In this document: positions 49,825-61,389 of the stretch, one piece after another
Layout: each line of letters opens with the position of its first letter
Position numbering within the stretch: position 1 is the stretch's first letter
DNA from: an uncultured delta proteobacterium
Lineage (GTDB): Bacteria > Desulfobacterota > RBG-13-43-22
DNA: 64,000 bases
Reading direction: 5' to 3'
Assembly (NCBI GenBank): GCA_963711835.1
Contig: CAVQFQ010000009.1
Coordinates: 1-64,000 of the forward strand
Notes under the pieces: generated by a model
What the model was told of the DNA's origin: nothing
The model's input: only the letters and a program-made list of their open reading frames with translations
Databases searched by the model: none
Made by a program: the position numbers and the translations under genes

Positions 49825-50780
49825 TGGAAGCCGTGACCGGGCGAAGAGCCGGGACCCTATCGTTAAAACGCTCCCCTTGGGAAGGGATCTTCCTGATCGA
49901 TAAACCTTTTGGATTATCCTCCAACAAGGTCCTTCAGATCCTGAGAAAGACGATCGGCTTTCAGAAAATGGGCCATTTGGGAACCCTGGATCCCATCGCC
50001 ACCGGCGTCCTGCCGGTCTTTATCGGCTGGACCACAAAAATCATCCCCTTCGTTTCCGACAGTCCTAAAGGCTATCAGGGGACGTTGATCCTGGGGAAGA
50101 AAACCGACACGCAGGACGTGTCGGGGGAAATTATTTTTGATTCCCCGGGGCCTATCCCCTCGGAGGAGGCCATCAAGGAGGTCATGGCCCGTTTTCTGGG
50201 AAATCAACAGCAGATTCCCCCATCCTTTTCTGCTTTAAAATATAAAGGCAAACCCCTTTACCGCTGGGCGCGCCAGGGAATTCAGATCAGCAAGCCTCCC
50301 AGGCAGATTTCTATTGAGGCCCTTAAGGTCCTGGCCATAGACGGGGACCAGGTGGCCTTTGAAGTGCTTTGTTCTCCCGGGACCTATATCCGGACCCTGT
50401 GCATGGATATCGGAGATCGTTTGGGGTGCGGCGCCTACCTGAAGAGTCTTAAGCGAACCCGAAACGGGGCCTTTGATATCTCCCAGGCCTCTCCCCTGGA
50501 GAAAATCCTTAAGGCCTCCAGCCCTGCCGATATCGAGGCCCTTAAAATTCCGGCCGAAAGGCTGCTCCAGGGCCTCCCGGTCCTCAGAATGGACGGGCGT
50601 TGGCGGGAAAAAGTCAAGCTGGGCTGCTTGTTGAAGGAAGGCTCCGGCCTTTCTTTTCCTTTTCCGGTCCAAGCGGGCAAGCCGATTTGCGTTAAAAGTT
50701 TTTCAGAAGAATTATGGGCCATTTACGAATGGACCGGACCTGGAGGGAAAAGTTTTAAGCCCCTGCGGGTGTTAATTTAA
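49824..50780 (+). CDS. truB: tRNA pseudouridine(55) synthase
   Basis: [36 protein letters not shown]. Confidence 0.95.
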   Translation: MEAVTGRRAGTLSLKRSPWEGIFLIDKPFGLSSNKVLQILRKTIGFQKMGHLGTLDPIATGVLPVFIGWTTKIIPFVSDSPKGYQGTLILGKKTDTQDVSGEIIFDSPGPIPSEEAIKEVMARFLGNQQQIPPSFSALKYKGKPLYRWARQGIQISKPPRQISIEALKVLAIDGDQVAFEVLCSPGTYIRTLCMDIGDRLGCGAYLKSLKRTRNGAFDISQASPLEKILKASSPADIEALKIPAERLLQGLPVLRMDGRWREKVKLGCLLKEGSGLSFPFPVQAGKPICVKSFSEELWAIYEWTGPGGKSFKPLRVLI

Positions 50781-50806
50781 TTTATTTTTATATAAGGAGG
50801 ACTATC

Positions 50807-51076
50807 GTGGGATTATCTTTAGACCAGAAAAAAGGAATCTTAGGGAAATTTGGCGTCCACCCGACCGATACCGGGTCTCCGGAAGTGCAAATCGCCCTAT
50901 TAAGTGAGCGGATTAAATATCTTACGGAACACTTTAAAACCCATGCCAAGGATCACCATTCCCGGAGGGGTTTGCTGAAACTGGTAGGACAGCGGAGACG
51001 CCTGTTGAATTATTTGAAGAACAAAAATGCCGACCGATATCGAAGCCTCATTCAGGAACTGGGTATCAGGAAATAG
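50807..51076 (+). CDS. rpsO: 30S ribosomal protein S15
   Basis: [32 protein letters not shown]. Confidence 0.97.
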   Translation: MGLSLDQKKGILGKFGVHPTDTGSPEVQIALLSERIKYLTEHFKTHAKDHHSRRGLLKLVGQRRRLLNYLKNKNADRYRSLIQELGIRK

Positions 51077-51112
51077 CGGCGATAGCGACCAAATCAAAAG
51101 GAGCGTAACAAA

Positions 51113-53212
51113 ATGGTTCAAGTTCTGACTACAGAAATCAGCGGACGAACTCTCAGTATTGAGACCGGCCGTATGGCCAAGCAGGCCAGTGGAGCGGTTT
51201 TGGTTCAATACGGGGAGACCATCGTTCTGGTAACAGCGGTGTCTACCAGCACCATTCGGGAAGGGATCGATTTTTTACCTTTGACCGTGGATTATCAGGA
51301 AATGTCCTATGCCGCCGGGCGGATCCCGGGCAGCTTTTTCCGCCGGGAGATTGGAAGGCCCAGTGAAAAGGAAACCCTGACCTCCCGGTTAATCGACCGG
51401 CCCCTCAGGCCCCTTTTCCCCAAGGGGTATTTCTACGAAACCCAAATTATTGCCACGGTCCTTTCGGTGGATCAGGAGAACGATCCGGACGTTCTGGCCC
51501 TGATCGGGGCCTCTACCGCCCTGGAGGTATCCGATATCCCCTTTAACGGGCCCATCGCCGGCCTGCGGGTCGGCCGCCTCAACGGCGAGCTTATCTTAAA
51601 CCCCACCAATTCTCAGCTCCAGGAAAGCGACCTTAATCTGATTGTGGCCGGCAACCGGGAAGCGGTGGTTATGGTGGAAGGAGGGGCCAAGGAAGTCTCT
51701 GAAGAAGACCTGGTCGAGGCTATTTATTTCGGCCATCAGGGAATTCAGAGTATTCTGGATCTCCAAAAACAACTGCGGCAGGCGGTGGGCAACAGCAAGC
51801 GGGAATTCCCTCCTCCGGCGGTGAATGAGGAATTAAAAGCCAAGGTTACCGAGCTGGCCCTGACCCCTCTCACGGAAGCCCTGACCCTCTTCGGGAAGAA
51901 AGAACGCCAGGACCGCATTAAAGCTATCTTCCAGGATCTTTACGAAGAGCTGAACGGGAGTTTTCCCGAGAGCCGGGGAGCGATTCAAAAATTTGTTGAA
52001 GAACTCGAGCGCCGGATCCTCCGGGAAAGGATACTGAAAGAGAGGATCCGTATCGGAGAACGGAAATTGAACGAGGTGCGCCCCATTTCCTGTGAAGTGG
52101 CCGTACTGCCCAGGACCCATGGGTCGGCCCTTTTTACCCGGGGAGAAACCCAAGCCATGGCCGTCACCACCCTGGGCACTTCATCCGACGAGCAAAGGAT
52201 AGACTCTTTAAACGGGGAAACCTTTAAGTCCTTTATGCTTCATTACAATTTCCCTCCCTTTTCCGTGGGAGAGGCCCGGATGTTGCGGGGCCCGGGAAGG
52301 CGGGAAATAGGACACGGAGCCTTGGCCGAGAGGTCCCTGGCCCCGGTATTGCCTTCCGGCGACGAATTTCCCTATACCATTCGGATTGTTTCCGAAATAC
52401 TGGAATCCAATGGATCTTCCTCCATGGCGACGGTCTGCGGCGCCAGTCTTTCCCTGATGGATGCCGGGGTTCCCATCCGTTCCCATGTGGCCGGAGTCGC
52501 TATGGGACTGATCCTGGAGCAGGGGGAGGTAGCCATCCTGACCGATATTCTCGGAGATGAAGACCACTGCGGCGACATGGACTTCAAGGTGACCGGGACG
52601 GAACAGGGGGTAACGGGCCTGCAGATGGATATCAAGATTCAGGGGGTCACCCGGCAGATCATGGGCCAGGCCTTGCAGCAGGCCAAGGAAGGCCGTCTCT
52701 CCATCCTCAGTTTAATGAACAAAACCATCCACCAGCCGCGGACCAGCATTTCCGATTATGCCCCCAAGATCACTACCATTGAGATCAACCCCGAGAAAAT
52801 CCGGGAAGTCATCGGCCCGGGAGGAAAGGTCATTCGTTCCATAGTCGCGGAAACCGGGGCCAAGATTGAAGTGGAGGATTCCGGAAAGATCATCATCGCT
52901 TCGCCGGACAGCAAAAGTGTGGACCGGGCCATTGCCCTGATCAAGGAAATCGTTCAGGAAGTGGAAGTGGGCCAGCTCTATATGGGCAAGGTCAAAAAGA
53001 TCATGGATTTTGGGGCCTTTGTGGAAGTCCTGCCCGGTACCGAGGGCTTAATTCATATCTCCCAATTGGATCATCACCATGTCAAAAAGGTGACCGATGT
53101 CCTCAAAGAAGGGGACGAGGTGCTGGTGAAGGTCTTGGAAGTGGATAAACAAGGCAAGATCCGCTTGAGCCGTAAGGCCGCCTTAGGCCAAACCCGGGAG
53201 GAGAATAACTAA
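51113..53212 (+). CDS. pnp: Polyribonucleotide nucleotidyltransferase
   Basis: [32 protein letters not shown] and S1 domains. Confidence 0.97.
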   Translation: MVQVLTTEISGRTLSIETGRMAKQASGAVLVQYGETIVLVTAVSTSTIREGIDFLPLTVDYQEMSYAAGRIPGSFFRREIGRPSEKETLTSRLIDRPLRPLFPKGYFYETQIIATVLSVDQENDPDVLALIGASTALEVSDIPFNGPIAGLRVGRLNGELILNPTNSQLQESDLNLIVAGNREAVVMVEGGAKEVSEEDLVEAIYFGHQGIQSILDLQKQLRQAVGNSKREFPPPAVNEELKAKVTELALTPLTEALTLFGKKERQDRIKAIFQDLYEELNGSFPESRGAIQKFVEELERRILRERILKERIRIGERKLNEVRPISCEVAVLPRTHGSALFTRGETQAMAVTTLGTSSDEQRIDSLNGETFKSFMLHYNFPPFSVGEARMLRGPGRREIGHGALAERSLAPVLPSGDEFPYTIRIVSEILESNGSSSMATVCGASLSLMDAGVPIRSHVAGVAMGLILEQGEVAILTDILGDEDHCGDMDFKVTGTEQGVTGLQMDIKIQGVTRQIMGQALQQAKEGRLSILSLMNKTIHQPRTSISDYAPKITTIEINPEKIREVIGPGGKVIRSIVAETGAKIEVEDSGKIIIASPDSKSVDRAIALIKEIVQEVEVGQLYMGKVKKIMDFGAFVEVLPGTEGLIHISQLDHHHVKKVTDVLKEGDEVLVKVLEVDKQGKIRLSRKAALGQTREENN

Positions 53213-53215
53213 GCC

Positions 53216-54475
53216 ATGATCCGGAAAACCGTTCTGGATAACGGCCTGCGCATTATCACCGAGGCCATCCCCCATCTCTATTCAGTCTCGGTCGGGATCT
53301 GGGTGGATAACGGCTCCCGAGATGAAGGGGCCAAGGAGAACGGCCTCTCCCATTTCATCGAACATATGATCTTCAAGGGTACTCGAAACCGGAGTGCCCT
53401 TCAGATTGCCAAGGAGCTGGATGCCATCGGCGGCCTGTCCAACGCCTTTACCTCCAAAGAACAAACCTGCTTCCATGCCAAGGTGCTGGATACCCACCTC
53501 GGTCAGGCGCTGGAGATCCTTCTGGACATTTTTCTCCATTCCCTCTTCGATCCCGAGGAGCTGGAGCGGGAACGGCAGGTCGTGCTTCAGGAAATCTGCA
53601 TGGTGGAAGATACGCCGGACGAATATGTCCATGTCCTCTTCAGCCAACTGGTCCATCAGGGCAACGCCCTGGCCCAACCCATCCTGGGAACACCGGAAAC
53701 CGTTCAATCCTTCACCCAGGGAAAAATCATCGATTACCTGAAGGAGGCTTACGGTTCGAGCAAGATTATCATGGCGGCTGCCGGCAACGTAGATCACCAG
53801 ACCTTTGTCGACCTGGTGGCTCCCGAACTGAAGGGGCGATCTGCAGATGGCCAACCCAATAACCGTCAGGAACCCGGCCTGACCTCTAAGTCATGGGTGG
53901 TGTCCAAGGACCTGGAACAGGTCCACCTGGCCCTGGGCACCTGGGCCCCTTCCGTTTCCGATCCCAGGCGCTATGCCGGCAACCTGCTGAATGTCATCTT
54001 AGGCGGAAACATGAGTTCCCGTCTCTTTCAGGAGGTCCGGGAAAAAAGAGGGCTGGCCTATTCCATCTATTCTTTTCTGGCTCCCTATCAAAATACCGGG
54101 CTCTGGGGAATTTACACCGCCATAGCCAAAGAGACCCTGAACGAAACCCTGGAGGTGATCGGACAGGAGCTGACCAAGATAAAAAAAGGAAACCTGCCAA
54201 CAGCCGAATTGGAGGCGGCCAAAGAATTTCTTAAAGGCGGGCTCCTCTTAAGCGCTGAAAGTACGGATAACCGGATGTCCCGGCTGGCCAAAAACGAATT
54301 CGACTTCGGACGTCACCTCTCTTTCGAGGAAATCCTGGAGAGTGTCAACCGGATTACCGTTTCGGAGGTAATTGATCTGGCCCAGGAGATTCTCCAGCCC
54401 GGTCTTCTTTCCCTGACCGCCTTAGGACCCCTGACCGAGACTGATCTTCCTTCGCCTTTCCTCCCTCTCGAATGA
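53216..54475 (+). CDS. M16 family zinc peptidase
   Basis: HFIEH inverted zinc motif, [20 protein letters not shown]. Confidence 0.93.
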   Translation: MIRKTVLDNGLRIITEAIPHLYSVSVGIWVDNGSRDEGAKENGLSHFIEHMIFKGTRNRSALQIAKELDAIGGLSNAFTSKEQTCFHAKVLDTHLGQALEILLDIFLHSLFDPEELERERQVVLQEICMVEDTPDEYVHVLFSQLVHQGNALAQPILGTPETVQSFTQGKIIDYLKEAYGSSKIIMAAAGNVDHQTFVDLVAPELKGRSADGQPNNRQEPGLTSKSWVVSKDLEQVHLALGTWAPSVSDPRRYAGNLLNVILGGNMSSRLFQEVREKRGLAYSIYSFLAPYQNTGLWGIYTAIAKETLNETLEVIGQELTKIKKGNLPTAELEAAKEFLKGGLLLSAESTDNRMSRLAKNEFDFGRHLSFEEILESVNRITVSEVIDLAQEILQPGLLSLTALGPLTETDLPSPFLPLE

Positions 54476-54927
54476 AGAGGCTTACCCTGCAAATCAGCCG
54501 CCTTTACCCCGAGAGGGATCGGGACCTTCCCCTGCCTCAATACATGAGTTCAGGGGCCTCCGGACTTGATCTGGTTGCCGCCGTTGAAGAAGAGGTGACC
54601 TTGAATCCGGGGGAAATTCGCATGATCCCCACCGGTCTGGCCGTGGCCATCCCCTCAGGTTATGAAGGCCAGATCCGCCCCCGGAGCGGCCTGGCCTTAA
54701 AGCAGGGCATCGGCCTGATCAACAGTCCCGGGACCATCGATTCGGATTATCGGGGTGAAATCGGGCTGGCTATCATTAATCTGGGCCCGAATCCCTTTAC
54801 GGTCCGCAGGGGGGACCGCCTGGCCCAGTTGGTCATCAATAGGGTCTATCAGGCAGAGATTCAACTGGTAGACCGCTTGGACGATACCTCACGGGGTGAA
54901 GGGGGCTTCGGTCACACCGGGGTGTAA
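54472..54927 (+). CDS. dut: dUTP diphosphatase
   Basis: [34 protein letters not shown]. Confidence 0.96.
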   Translation: MKRLTLQISRLYPERDRDLPLPQYMSSGASGLDLVAAVEEEVTLNPGEIRMIPTGLAVAIPSGYEGQIRPRSGLALKQGIGLINSPGTIDSDYRGEIGLAIINLGPNPFTVRRGDRLAQLVINRVYQAEIQLVDRLDDTSRGEGGFGHTGV

Positions 54928-55017
54928 GGCCTGTCTAACGGGCCAACGATCATTGGTCCGAACCCGCCTATTCGCAGAATTGCTTCTGTCGTTTTCCACT
55001 CCATTCCACTATTAGAG

Positions 55018-55160
55018 TTTGTCCCAACATTACGTGATTTTTAAGCTACCTATTCATAGAGGGCTTCAGGGGTCTTGATTTCAAGGATTGCCCACCCGGC
55101 TAACCTGGTCCCCGGGCAGGAAGTCTTACTGGATTTGAAACGGCAACACCAAAGCGATTT
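55018..55160 (+). repeat. Single copy of the ~150-nt dispersed repeat of 24282-24601
   Basis: TTTGTCCCAACATTACGTGATT..GAGGGCTTCAGGGGTCTTGATTTCAAGGATTG..CCCGGGCAGGAAGT..CAACACCAA. Confidence 0.85.
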
Positions 55161-55181
55161 AATTTTTTGATGCCCGGAACC

Positions 55182-56507
55182 CTATGATCCATGCCGAATG
55201 GAACTCGAAGAGAGATCATCCTGCCTTGTTGAGACTCGGCTGTCCGGCACCAGCAGATAAAGGACCCCGGCCACCGTCAGACCGGCGCTGCAGAGAACCC
55301 AGGCCGCTTGAAAACTTTCAGGGCCTATAGAGCCCGGGGCCTTATCTTCAACCAAGGCCCCTATCGATTGGGTGATCATGGCCGCACCCAACATGGTAAA
55401 CAAATTGATGCCGGATAAGGCCGTGCCGGTGGCCTGGGCTGGAACCAGTTCTTTGATGTGGGGATACATGAGTTGCCCGGGGGCTGAAGCCAGGCCGAGA
55501 GCCATGAAAACCAGATAAACCCAGGCCAGATTAAAATTTTTAGGCCAATAGGCCAAAGATAAGATCAGCAGGGCCATACCCCATAGGGAAGGATAAATCA
55601 ATTTCTTGCGCGAGCCCAGCCAATGATCGCTTATCCGGCCGAACAAAGGCAGCCCAATCATATAGCCGAGACCCATCATGAACAGGGCATTTCCGGTTTG
55701 CAGGGTACTCAAGCCGATAGCCTTGACCAGGTAGGGTCCGGCCCAGAGTCCCTGCAGGGCGGTAAAACAACCGTAACGGAAAAAGGTGGCCAGGCTGATA
55801 ATCCAATAGGCCGGAAATTTGAAAACCCGAATTAAGTCTTTGAGGGAACTTTTTTCCAGCGGTTGAAATTGGATGCGCCCGGACGGCCTGTCCTGAATAA
55901 ACCCTAAAAAAAGCAAGACATACCCCAAATTGATTAAGGCCAGGAGCAGAAAACTTCCCCGCCAGCCTAAGGCCCTGTTCATCACGACCAGCGGGGTGGC
56001 TGCCAAAAGGCCGCCCACCGTACCTAAGCCGACGGCCGACCCCATGAGGGTGGCAAAGCGATTGGCCGGGAACCAGGCTGCCAATAGAACCAATAAGCCC
56101 ATAAGATTGCAGCTCATGCCGATCCCCATCAACATGCGGCCCCATAAGGCCTGCCCGAAGGTCTGAGCCAGTGCAAAAAGCAGGGTTCCCGGAACCCCCA
56201 ACAAACTTAAAAAGAAAAACACCCTGCGGACTCCAAAACGATCCAGAGCCAGGCCGGCCGGGATCTGGCTGAAGGCAAAGGCATAGAAGAAGGAGGCCGA
56301 CAAATGGCCCAATTGGGTTGTATTCAGGTGAAGATCGTGGGAGAGTTCCAAGCTGGTGACGGTGATGGAGACCCGATAGAAATTGGAGATCAGGAATCCT
56401 AAGGTGCCTACCCCGAAGATAATCCAGCCGCGATGCCTCGTTCCAAGCCATTCTGAAAAATTCATCATGTAATCTTCGGCTTTTCTGGATAGGTAATGTG
56501 TCCCCAA
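55182..56507 (-). CDS. MFS transporter (start uncertain)
   Basis: GLALDRFGVRR, GRISDHWLGSRK, about 12 TMs. Confidence 0.88.
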   Translation of the reverse strand: MGTHYLSRKAEDYMMNFSEWLGTRHRGWIIFGVGTLGFLISNFYRVSITVTSLELSHDLHLNTTQLGHLSASFFYAFAFSQIPAGLALDRFGVRRVFFFLSLLGVPGTLLFALAQTFGQALWGRMLMGIGMSCNLMGLLVLLAAWFPANRFATLMGSAVGLGTVGGLLAATPLVVMNRALGWRGSFLLLALINLGYVLLFLGFIQDRPSGRIQFQPLEKSSLKDLIRVFKFPAYWIISLATFFRYGCFTALQGLWAGPYLVKAIGLSTLQTGNALFMMGLGYMIGLPLFGRISDHWLGSRKKLIYPSLWGMALLILSLAYWPKNFNLAWVYLVFMALGLASAPGQLMYPHIKELVPAQATGTALSGINLFTMLGAAMITQSIGALVEDKAPGSIGPESFQAAWVLCSAGLTVAGVLYLLVPDSRVSTRQDDLSSSSIRHGS

Positions 56508-56527
56508 ACAACTATCCGGTTAAGCGG

Positions 56528-57391
56528 TTAACACTTCAAAAGGTCCTGAAGGTTTTGGCCGGCTATTTTTTCAAAATCGGCGCAGGGGAGATTCAGATTC
56601 AGGAAGCGCTGCCAGGACTGGGCCGGGACCCGCCAGGGGGCGTCGGACCCGTAAAGGACACGGTCAGGGCCTTTACGGGTGATCACTTTTTTCATTTCCA
56701 TTGGGGTCAGGATCTCAAGGGCATAGGACAAATCAAAGTAAACGTTTTCCAAATCGTAGAGGAGCTCCAGTTGATCCCAGCCATAGAGGCAGCCCAGATG
56801 AGCTGCGATGAAGGTGATTCCGGAAAAAGTCTTAGCCAGTTTGGCGATCTGGATCGGCCCGGTTTCAAAGGGCTTCCAGTAATCGAGGAGGGGTGCCATA
56901 TGAGGCTTGTATCGTCGAACCCCGGTCAAGTTCATGGAATCCATCAAAATGGGCAGCCCGGCAGGCTGGAGCATCTCCATCCACTCAAGGGTCTTGGGGT
57001 CAAGGAGGTTGATGCGCTGGAGAAAGGAATGGATCTTCAGTCCTTTCAGGCCCAGGGCCAGGGCCTCTTTCAGATCAGCCTCGGGGGTGGTAGACAGGGG
57101 GGTCAAAGAGGCAAAGGGAATAATCTGCGGGAAAGCCCTGGCTTTTTTGGCCACCCAGCGGTTTACTCGGGAGGAGCCGTTCGGACGGCCTGAAACCGGC
57201 AGGAGCACAAAGCCGTCCAGGCCGGCCTTTTTTTCTTCCTCTACCAGGGATTCCACGCTGCCGTCATTAAAGATAGCCCATTTGTAAGGGCTGTCCGGCG
57301 GCAGGTGGCCGTCAAGTTCTGTTGTTCTCTCCACCACCAGGGCCCGATCCTGTTTGGGGTAGGCATGGGTGTGGACGTCGTAACAAGCCAT
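56528..57391 (-). CDS. Amidohydrolase_2 family metallo-hydrolase
   Basis: DVHTH, GLKIH, AHLG, LYGSDAPW. Confidence 0.88.
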   Translation of the reverse strand: MACYDVHTHAYPKQDRALVVERTTELDGHLPPDSPYKWAIFNDGSVESLVEEEKKAGLDGFVLLPVSGRPNGSSRVNRWVAKKARAFPQIIPFASLTPLSTTPEADLKEALALGLKGLKIHSFLQRINLLDPKTLEWMEMLQPAGLPILMDSMNLTGVRRYKPHMAPLLDYWKPFETGPIQIAKLAKTFSGITFIAAHLGCLYGWDQLELLYDLENVYFDLSYALEILTPMEMKKVITRKGPDRVLYGSDAPWRVPAQSWQRFLNLNLPCADFEKIAGQNLQDLLKC

Positions 57392-57401
57392 TAAATACTA
57401 A

Positions 57402-57893
57402 TCAGCCTATTGGATTTTTCAGGGCAAAGTAGCGATTGGCCTGCCAGGCCAGAGGGGTTAATTTTTCATCGGATTGATAAGCCACCACTTCGGCCAGGTA
57501 AAGGGTGTAGTGGCCAAGAGGAAAGGAAGTAATGACTTGGCATTCCACCTGAGCATAAGCGCCTTTGATAAGAGGGGCCCCGACTTTCCTGGCTTTTTCG
57601 GTGGGAATACTGAATTTTTTGAACTTATCCACCTTGCTGCCGTGGGTGGAACCCAGGGCTCTGGCTATTTTTACCTGAGTCGTGGCTGCCACATTCAGGA
57701 CCAGCTCCCCTGATTCCTCAATGAGCTGATGGGTCAGGATATGTTTGGCGACGCTGATTACGAAGAGGGGAGGATCTTCGGAGACGAACATGCAGGTGGC
57801 TGTCATGGCATCCTTTTTATTCTTTGAAGCAGCGCTGAGCAGGATGACCGAACAGGGCATCAGGTGGGTAATGCTTTGAAAATCGTTCTTCAT
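57402..57893 (-). CDS. Flavin reductase family protein
   Basis: VSEDPP, G..HG..VDKF, EC.V.....GHYTLY.AEVV. Confidence 0.85.
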   Translation of the reverse strand: MKNDFQSITHLMPCSVILLSAASKNKKDAMTATCMFVSEDPPLFVISVAKHILTHQLIEESGELVLNVAATTQVKIARALGSTHGSKVDKFKKFSIPTEKARKVGAPLIKGAYAQVECQVITSFPLGHYTLYLAEVVAYQSDEKLTPLAWQANRYFALKNPIG

Positions 57894-57922
57894 GGCTGAC
57901 CTCTCATAGTGTGATAAAAGAT

Positions 57923-58873
57923 TTATACATGATTGCGCAATTTCAATTCCAGGGGATGAGGGTTCAGATAATATTGTTCCTTCAAATAAGCCTGGTTATA
58001 TTTTTGTACGTAATGGATGAAAAGGGTAATCGGAACAACCAAGGGGATAAGTTCCTGTTGGTAGTGATTGATAATTGTGAGCAGTTCCTGTTTTTCATCC
58101 GCTGTAAGCTCTTTCTTAAAATAGCCCAGCATATGCATGAGGATGTTGGTGTGCTTTTTGTTGGAGGCCTTGATGCCCAGGGCTTCCAGAAGCAGGATCT
58201 GGTAGCGGCCCAGCCGCTCTTGAAAGTCCAGAGACTCTGATTGGGCCACCAGGGGCCCCATTTTCCGGTAGTGTTTGGGACTATGCGATAAGACCAACAG
58301 CTTATGCCGGGTATGGAAATCCACCAGATCCTTCATCCGGGGCTTATGGTCCAGAACCTCCCGCCAGCGCTTCAAGGCAAAAATACGCTCAATAAAATTT
58401 TCCCTCAGAACCGGATCATGGAGGCGCCCCTCTTCCTCCACCGGCAGGAGGGGAAACCGGGTCATGAATTCTCTGGCAAAGATCCCGACCCCCTGTTTTA
58501 CCGGAACACCCTTCTCATTATAGACCTTGACCCGTTCCATACCGCTGCTGGGGGAGTCGCTTTTAAAGATGAAGCCGCAGAGGTCTTCTTTTTTTAATTC
58601 GGCAATGCGCCTTCGGGCCCACTGGATCATCCGGTCGGTATGATCCCATTTAGTATGAATGGTTACCAGGCGTGGATTTTCAAGATCACCGACCAGACGC
58701 ATGGCCTCCCGAGGGACCCCCAGCCCGCATTCCATCTCCGGGCAGACCGGGACAAAGGCTACGTATTTTCCCAAGGTGTCGGTCAGGAAGCGGTCCCATT
58801 TGTGGCCGCCGTCATAGCGGACCGGTTCGCCCAGCAAACACATGCTGATGCCTAATTTAATCGTGGCTTCCAT
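57923..58873 (-). CDS. DUF523 + DUF1722 (YbgA/RudS-like) fusion protein
   Basis: GIS.CLLGEPVRYDG, VCPE, SPSSG, EEEGRL.DP.LRENF, H..GYFK, YL..Q.YL.PHP. Confidence 0.9.
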   Translation of the reverse strand: MEATIKLGISMCLLGEPVRYDGGHKWDRFLTDTLGKYVAFVPVCPEMECGLGVPREAMRLVGDLENPRLVTIHTKWDHTDRMIQWARRRIAELKKEDLCGFIFKSDSPSSGMERVKVYNEKGVPVKQGVGIFAREFMTRFPLLPVEEEGRLHDPVLRENFIERIFALKRWREVLDHKPRMKDLVDFHTRHKLLVLSHSPKHYRKMGPLVAQSESLDFQERLGRYQILLLEALGIKASNKKHTNILMHMLGYFKKELTADEKQELLTIINHYQQELIPLVVPITLFIHYVQKYNQAYLKEQYYLNPHPLELKLRNHV

Positions 58874-58964
58874 ATTTGAGATCAGGGGCCAAGGATTCCA
58901 GGGTTCGAGGGTTCAAGCGATATTTCTAACCTATCGGCCCGGAATTATTGGCCCTCCTTTTATA

Positions 58965-59283
58965 TTATAATAGGTTTTTTGCTATATAGGTATCAACATC
59001 AAATTTTGAACGGGAACCTTTATAGCTCATGGTGCGGATTTTGCCGAAGACCGGCCTCTCTCCCCAGGCCCGGTCGTGGACGCCGCCGATGCTCCAGGCG
59101 ATACCAGTATAGCCGTTCGGGTCCCGGCCGTCCAGTTCATAGCGGTCGTTCAAATAGCCATTTGCTGGGCGTACCAAAGGGCCCAGTTGTCCCGGCTGCG
59201 CTGGTCGCGGCTCATCCAGTAGAGATTACCGGCCCGGGACCTGTTTTTACCTGGTTCAAGGTGCGGAGGCGGTCAGGATGCAT
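58965..59283 (-). pseudogene. phrB: Class II CPD photolyase with large internal deletion
   Basis: N-term [28 protein letters not shown] joined at ~59157 to C-term [31 protein letters not shown]. Confidence 0.85.
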
Positions 59284-59284
59284 T

Positions 59285-60817
59285 TCATTTATTCCGGCTG
59301 GGGGTTGTTTTTCTGGCTACCATCAGTTCCGGCCCTTTGACAATGGGTTTTCCGGTAGCCCGGGCGATGGCCTTGAGCATATTCGGGTACAACAAACGGT
59401 GAAAAGGATCGAGGCCGTACCAGTATAACAGGCCTCCGAGACCCCTGGGTAAAAAACGGGAAAGCTGCTGAAGTTCCGTAACTCCCTCATTGAGAGGTTT
59501 GACCCGGAATTCCAACAGGGCTTCCCCGGGCAGCTTCATTTCCGCCAGCAGGAGCAGATGCACTGGGGGATCCACTTCCAGGACGCGCCAGAAATCCAGG
59601 GCATCTCCAGGACGCAATTCGGAGGGATGACGCCTCCCGGCCCGAAAGCCGATCCCTCCGATGAGGCGGTCGAACCAGCCCCGTATTTTCCAGAGGGCGG
59701 TGCCGAAATACCATCCGGTCCGACCGCCGATCTTGATTACCGACCCCCAGACCTCTTCCGGGGTGGCCTGGATCTGGATCAGGTAACCCAGCTCCAAGGA
59801 AGTCCCTCCGGCATAAGGGGTATCGCCGCAGTAAATCCACTCCCGGGGAACGGTAGCGGCGGCTGAAGCGTCCATCCAGCAGGTGTCGACCTGCTGCTGT
59901 TTGATCCGTTCCAGGGCCAGGCGGATGGTCTGGCGGCAGTCCAGAAGCTCCTGGGGTATGACATCGCGGATGCGATTGTCCCGGCAGATGACGGCGTTGC
60001 GCAGCCCTTCGGCCAGAGGCCGGGCGATGGAAGACGGGATTGGTGTGATCAGGTGGATCCAGTAGGAACTCAAGCGGGGGGTGAAGAAAGGCACCGTGAT
60101 GATGAGACGCTTCGGCAGGCGGGCTTCTTCGGCATAGATTTGAAACAGCCGGCGATAGGTAACCACCTCCGGACCCCCGATATCAAAGGTCTGGCCCAAA
60201 GCCTGGTCATGCTCCAGACAGCCCTGGAGATAATTGAGGACATTGCGAATCCCGATGGGTTGCACCTGGCTGTCTACCCAGGCCGGAGTTATCATGATGG
60301 GCAGCCGTTCCACCAGGTAGCGTAAAATTTCAAAGGAGACGCTTCCAGCGCCCAGGATCATGGCCGCCCGGAGAAAGGTCGTCGGCACCGGTCCGGATTG
60401 AAGGATGCGGGCCACTTCAAGGCGTGAGCGCAGGTGCTCACTGAGCCTGGGATCATCCTGGCGGCCCAAGCCTCCCAGATAGATCATGCGGTTCAACCCG
60501 GCCTGAGCAGCGGCTTCGACCATGTGTTGGGCTGCCCGGCGATCCGTCTCCGTATAGCCCTTCGGATCGGCGTTCATGGAATGGACCAGATAAAAGGCGG
60601 CCCAACAGCCTTGGCCGGCTTTAACGAGAGACTCTTTGTCCAGCACATCGCCGGCGGTCAGTTCGACCAGCGGGTGGCCGCCCCAGGGGCGTCCTTTTAA
60701 TTTGGATATTGACCTGCCCAAGGCCCGGACGCGGTAGCCGGCCTGGAGAAGCTGGGGAACCAGGCGGCCGCCCACATAGCCAGTGGCTCCGGTTACTAAG
60801 ATTTTTTTCTCATTCAT
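59285..60817 (-). CDS. SDR family oxidoreductase with DUF2867 (YbjT-like)
   Basis: ILVTGATGYVGG, YLVHSM, SEHLRSR, GDALDFWRV, AEMKLPGEA. Confidence 0.9.
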   Translation of the reverse strand: MNEKKILVTGATGYVGGRLVPQLLQAGYRVRALGRSISKLKGRPWGGHPLVELTAGDVLDKESLVKAGQGCWAAFYLVHSMNADPKGYTETDRRAAQHMVEAAAQAGLNRMIYLGGLGRQDDPRLSEHLRSRLEVARILQSGPVPTTFLRAAMILGAGSVSFEILRYLVERLPIMITPAWVDSQVQPIGIRNVLNYLQGCLEHDQALGQTFDIGGPEVVTYRRLFQIYAEEARLPKRLIITVPFFTPRLSSYWIHLITPIPSSIARPLAEGLRNAVICRDNRIRDVIPQELLDCRQTIRLALERIKQQQVDTCWMDASAAATVPREWIYCGDTPYAGGTSLELGYLIQIQATPEEVWGSVIKIGGRTGWYFGTALWKIRGWFDRLIGGIGFRAGRRHPSELRPGDALDFWRVLEVDPPVHLLLLAEMKLPGEALLEFRVKPLNEGVTELQQLSRFLPRGLGGLLYWYGLDPFHRLLYPNMLKAIARATGKPIVKGPELMVARKTTPSRNK

Positions 60818-61005
60818 CCGGGCATCCTTTTAGTAAAACACGGCAGATCAAATCAAAATAATAAGGCCTGATTCAGCTTTCGTCAAAGAGAAATCGGTGC
60901 CTCCCCATTGACCCTCTGCCTGGGCTGCTTTATATTTAAAATGTTTTAGGAAAATCGGTATATGCCTCTTCCATGGGAGAGGAAAACCAAAGTAAGGAGA
61001 AGACC

Positions 61006-61389
61006 ATGTCGCTACAAGACTATTTTGAACAAACCAAGGGTCTCGGAGTATTGGCAACGGCAGATTCCCGGGGCAAGGTCGGCATTGCCGTGTATGCCCG
61101 TCCCCATGTCCTGGAAGACGGTTCCCTGGCCTTCATTATGTCCGATCGGTTGACCCATCTCAATCTTACTTCCAACCCGCAGGCAGCCTATCTCTTTAAA
61201 GAAGAGGGCGCCGGCTACAAAGGAAAACGCCTGTACCTGAGCAAGATCCGGGAAGAGGAAAACAGCGAATTGCTAAATACCTTGCGCCGCCGCATCTATA
61301 CCACAGAAAAGGAAGGTCCGGCGGAGTCTAAATTCTTGGTCATCTTTCGGATCGATAAGGAACTCCCCTTAGTGGGAACCGGCAAGTAG
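61006..61389 (+). CDS. Pyridoxamine 5'-phosphate oxidase-like FMN-binding protein
   Basis: GVLATAD..G....VYARPH, NL..NP.A.YLF; RBS AGGAG. Confidence 0.8.
   Translation: MSLQDYFEQTKGLGVLATADSRGKVGIAVYARPHVLEDGSLAFIMSDRLTHLNLTSNPQAAYLFKEEGAGYKGKRLYLSKIREEENSELLNTLRRRIYTTEKEGPAESKFLVIFRIDKELPLVGTGK

Noticed and set aside
58885-58920. Short octamer-like repeats GGATTCCA-GGGTTCGA-GGGTTCAA (also TTGAGCT at ~10112)
   Set aside because: Only 2-3 degenerate units; too short to support a function
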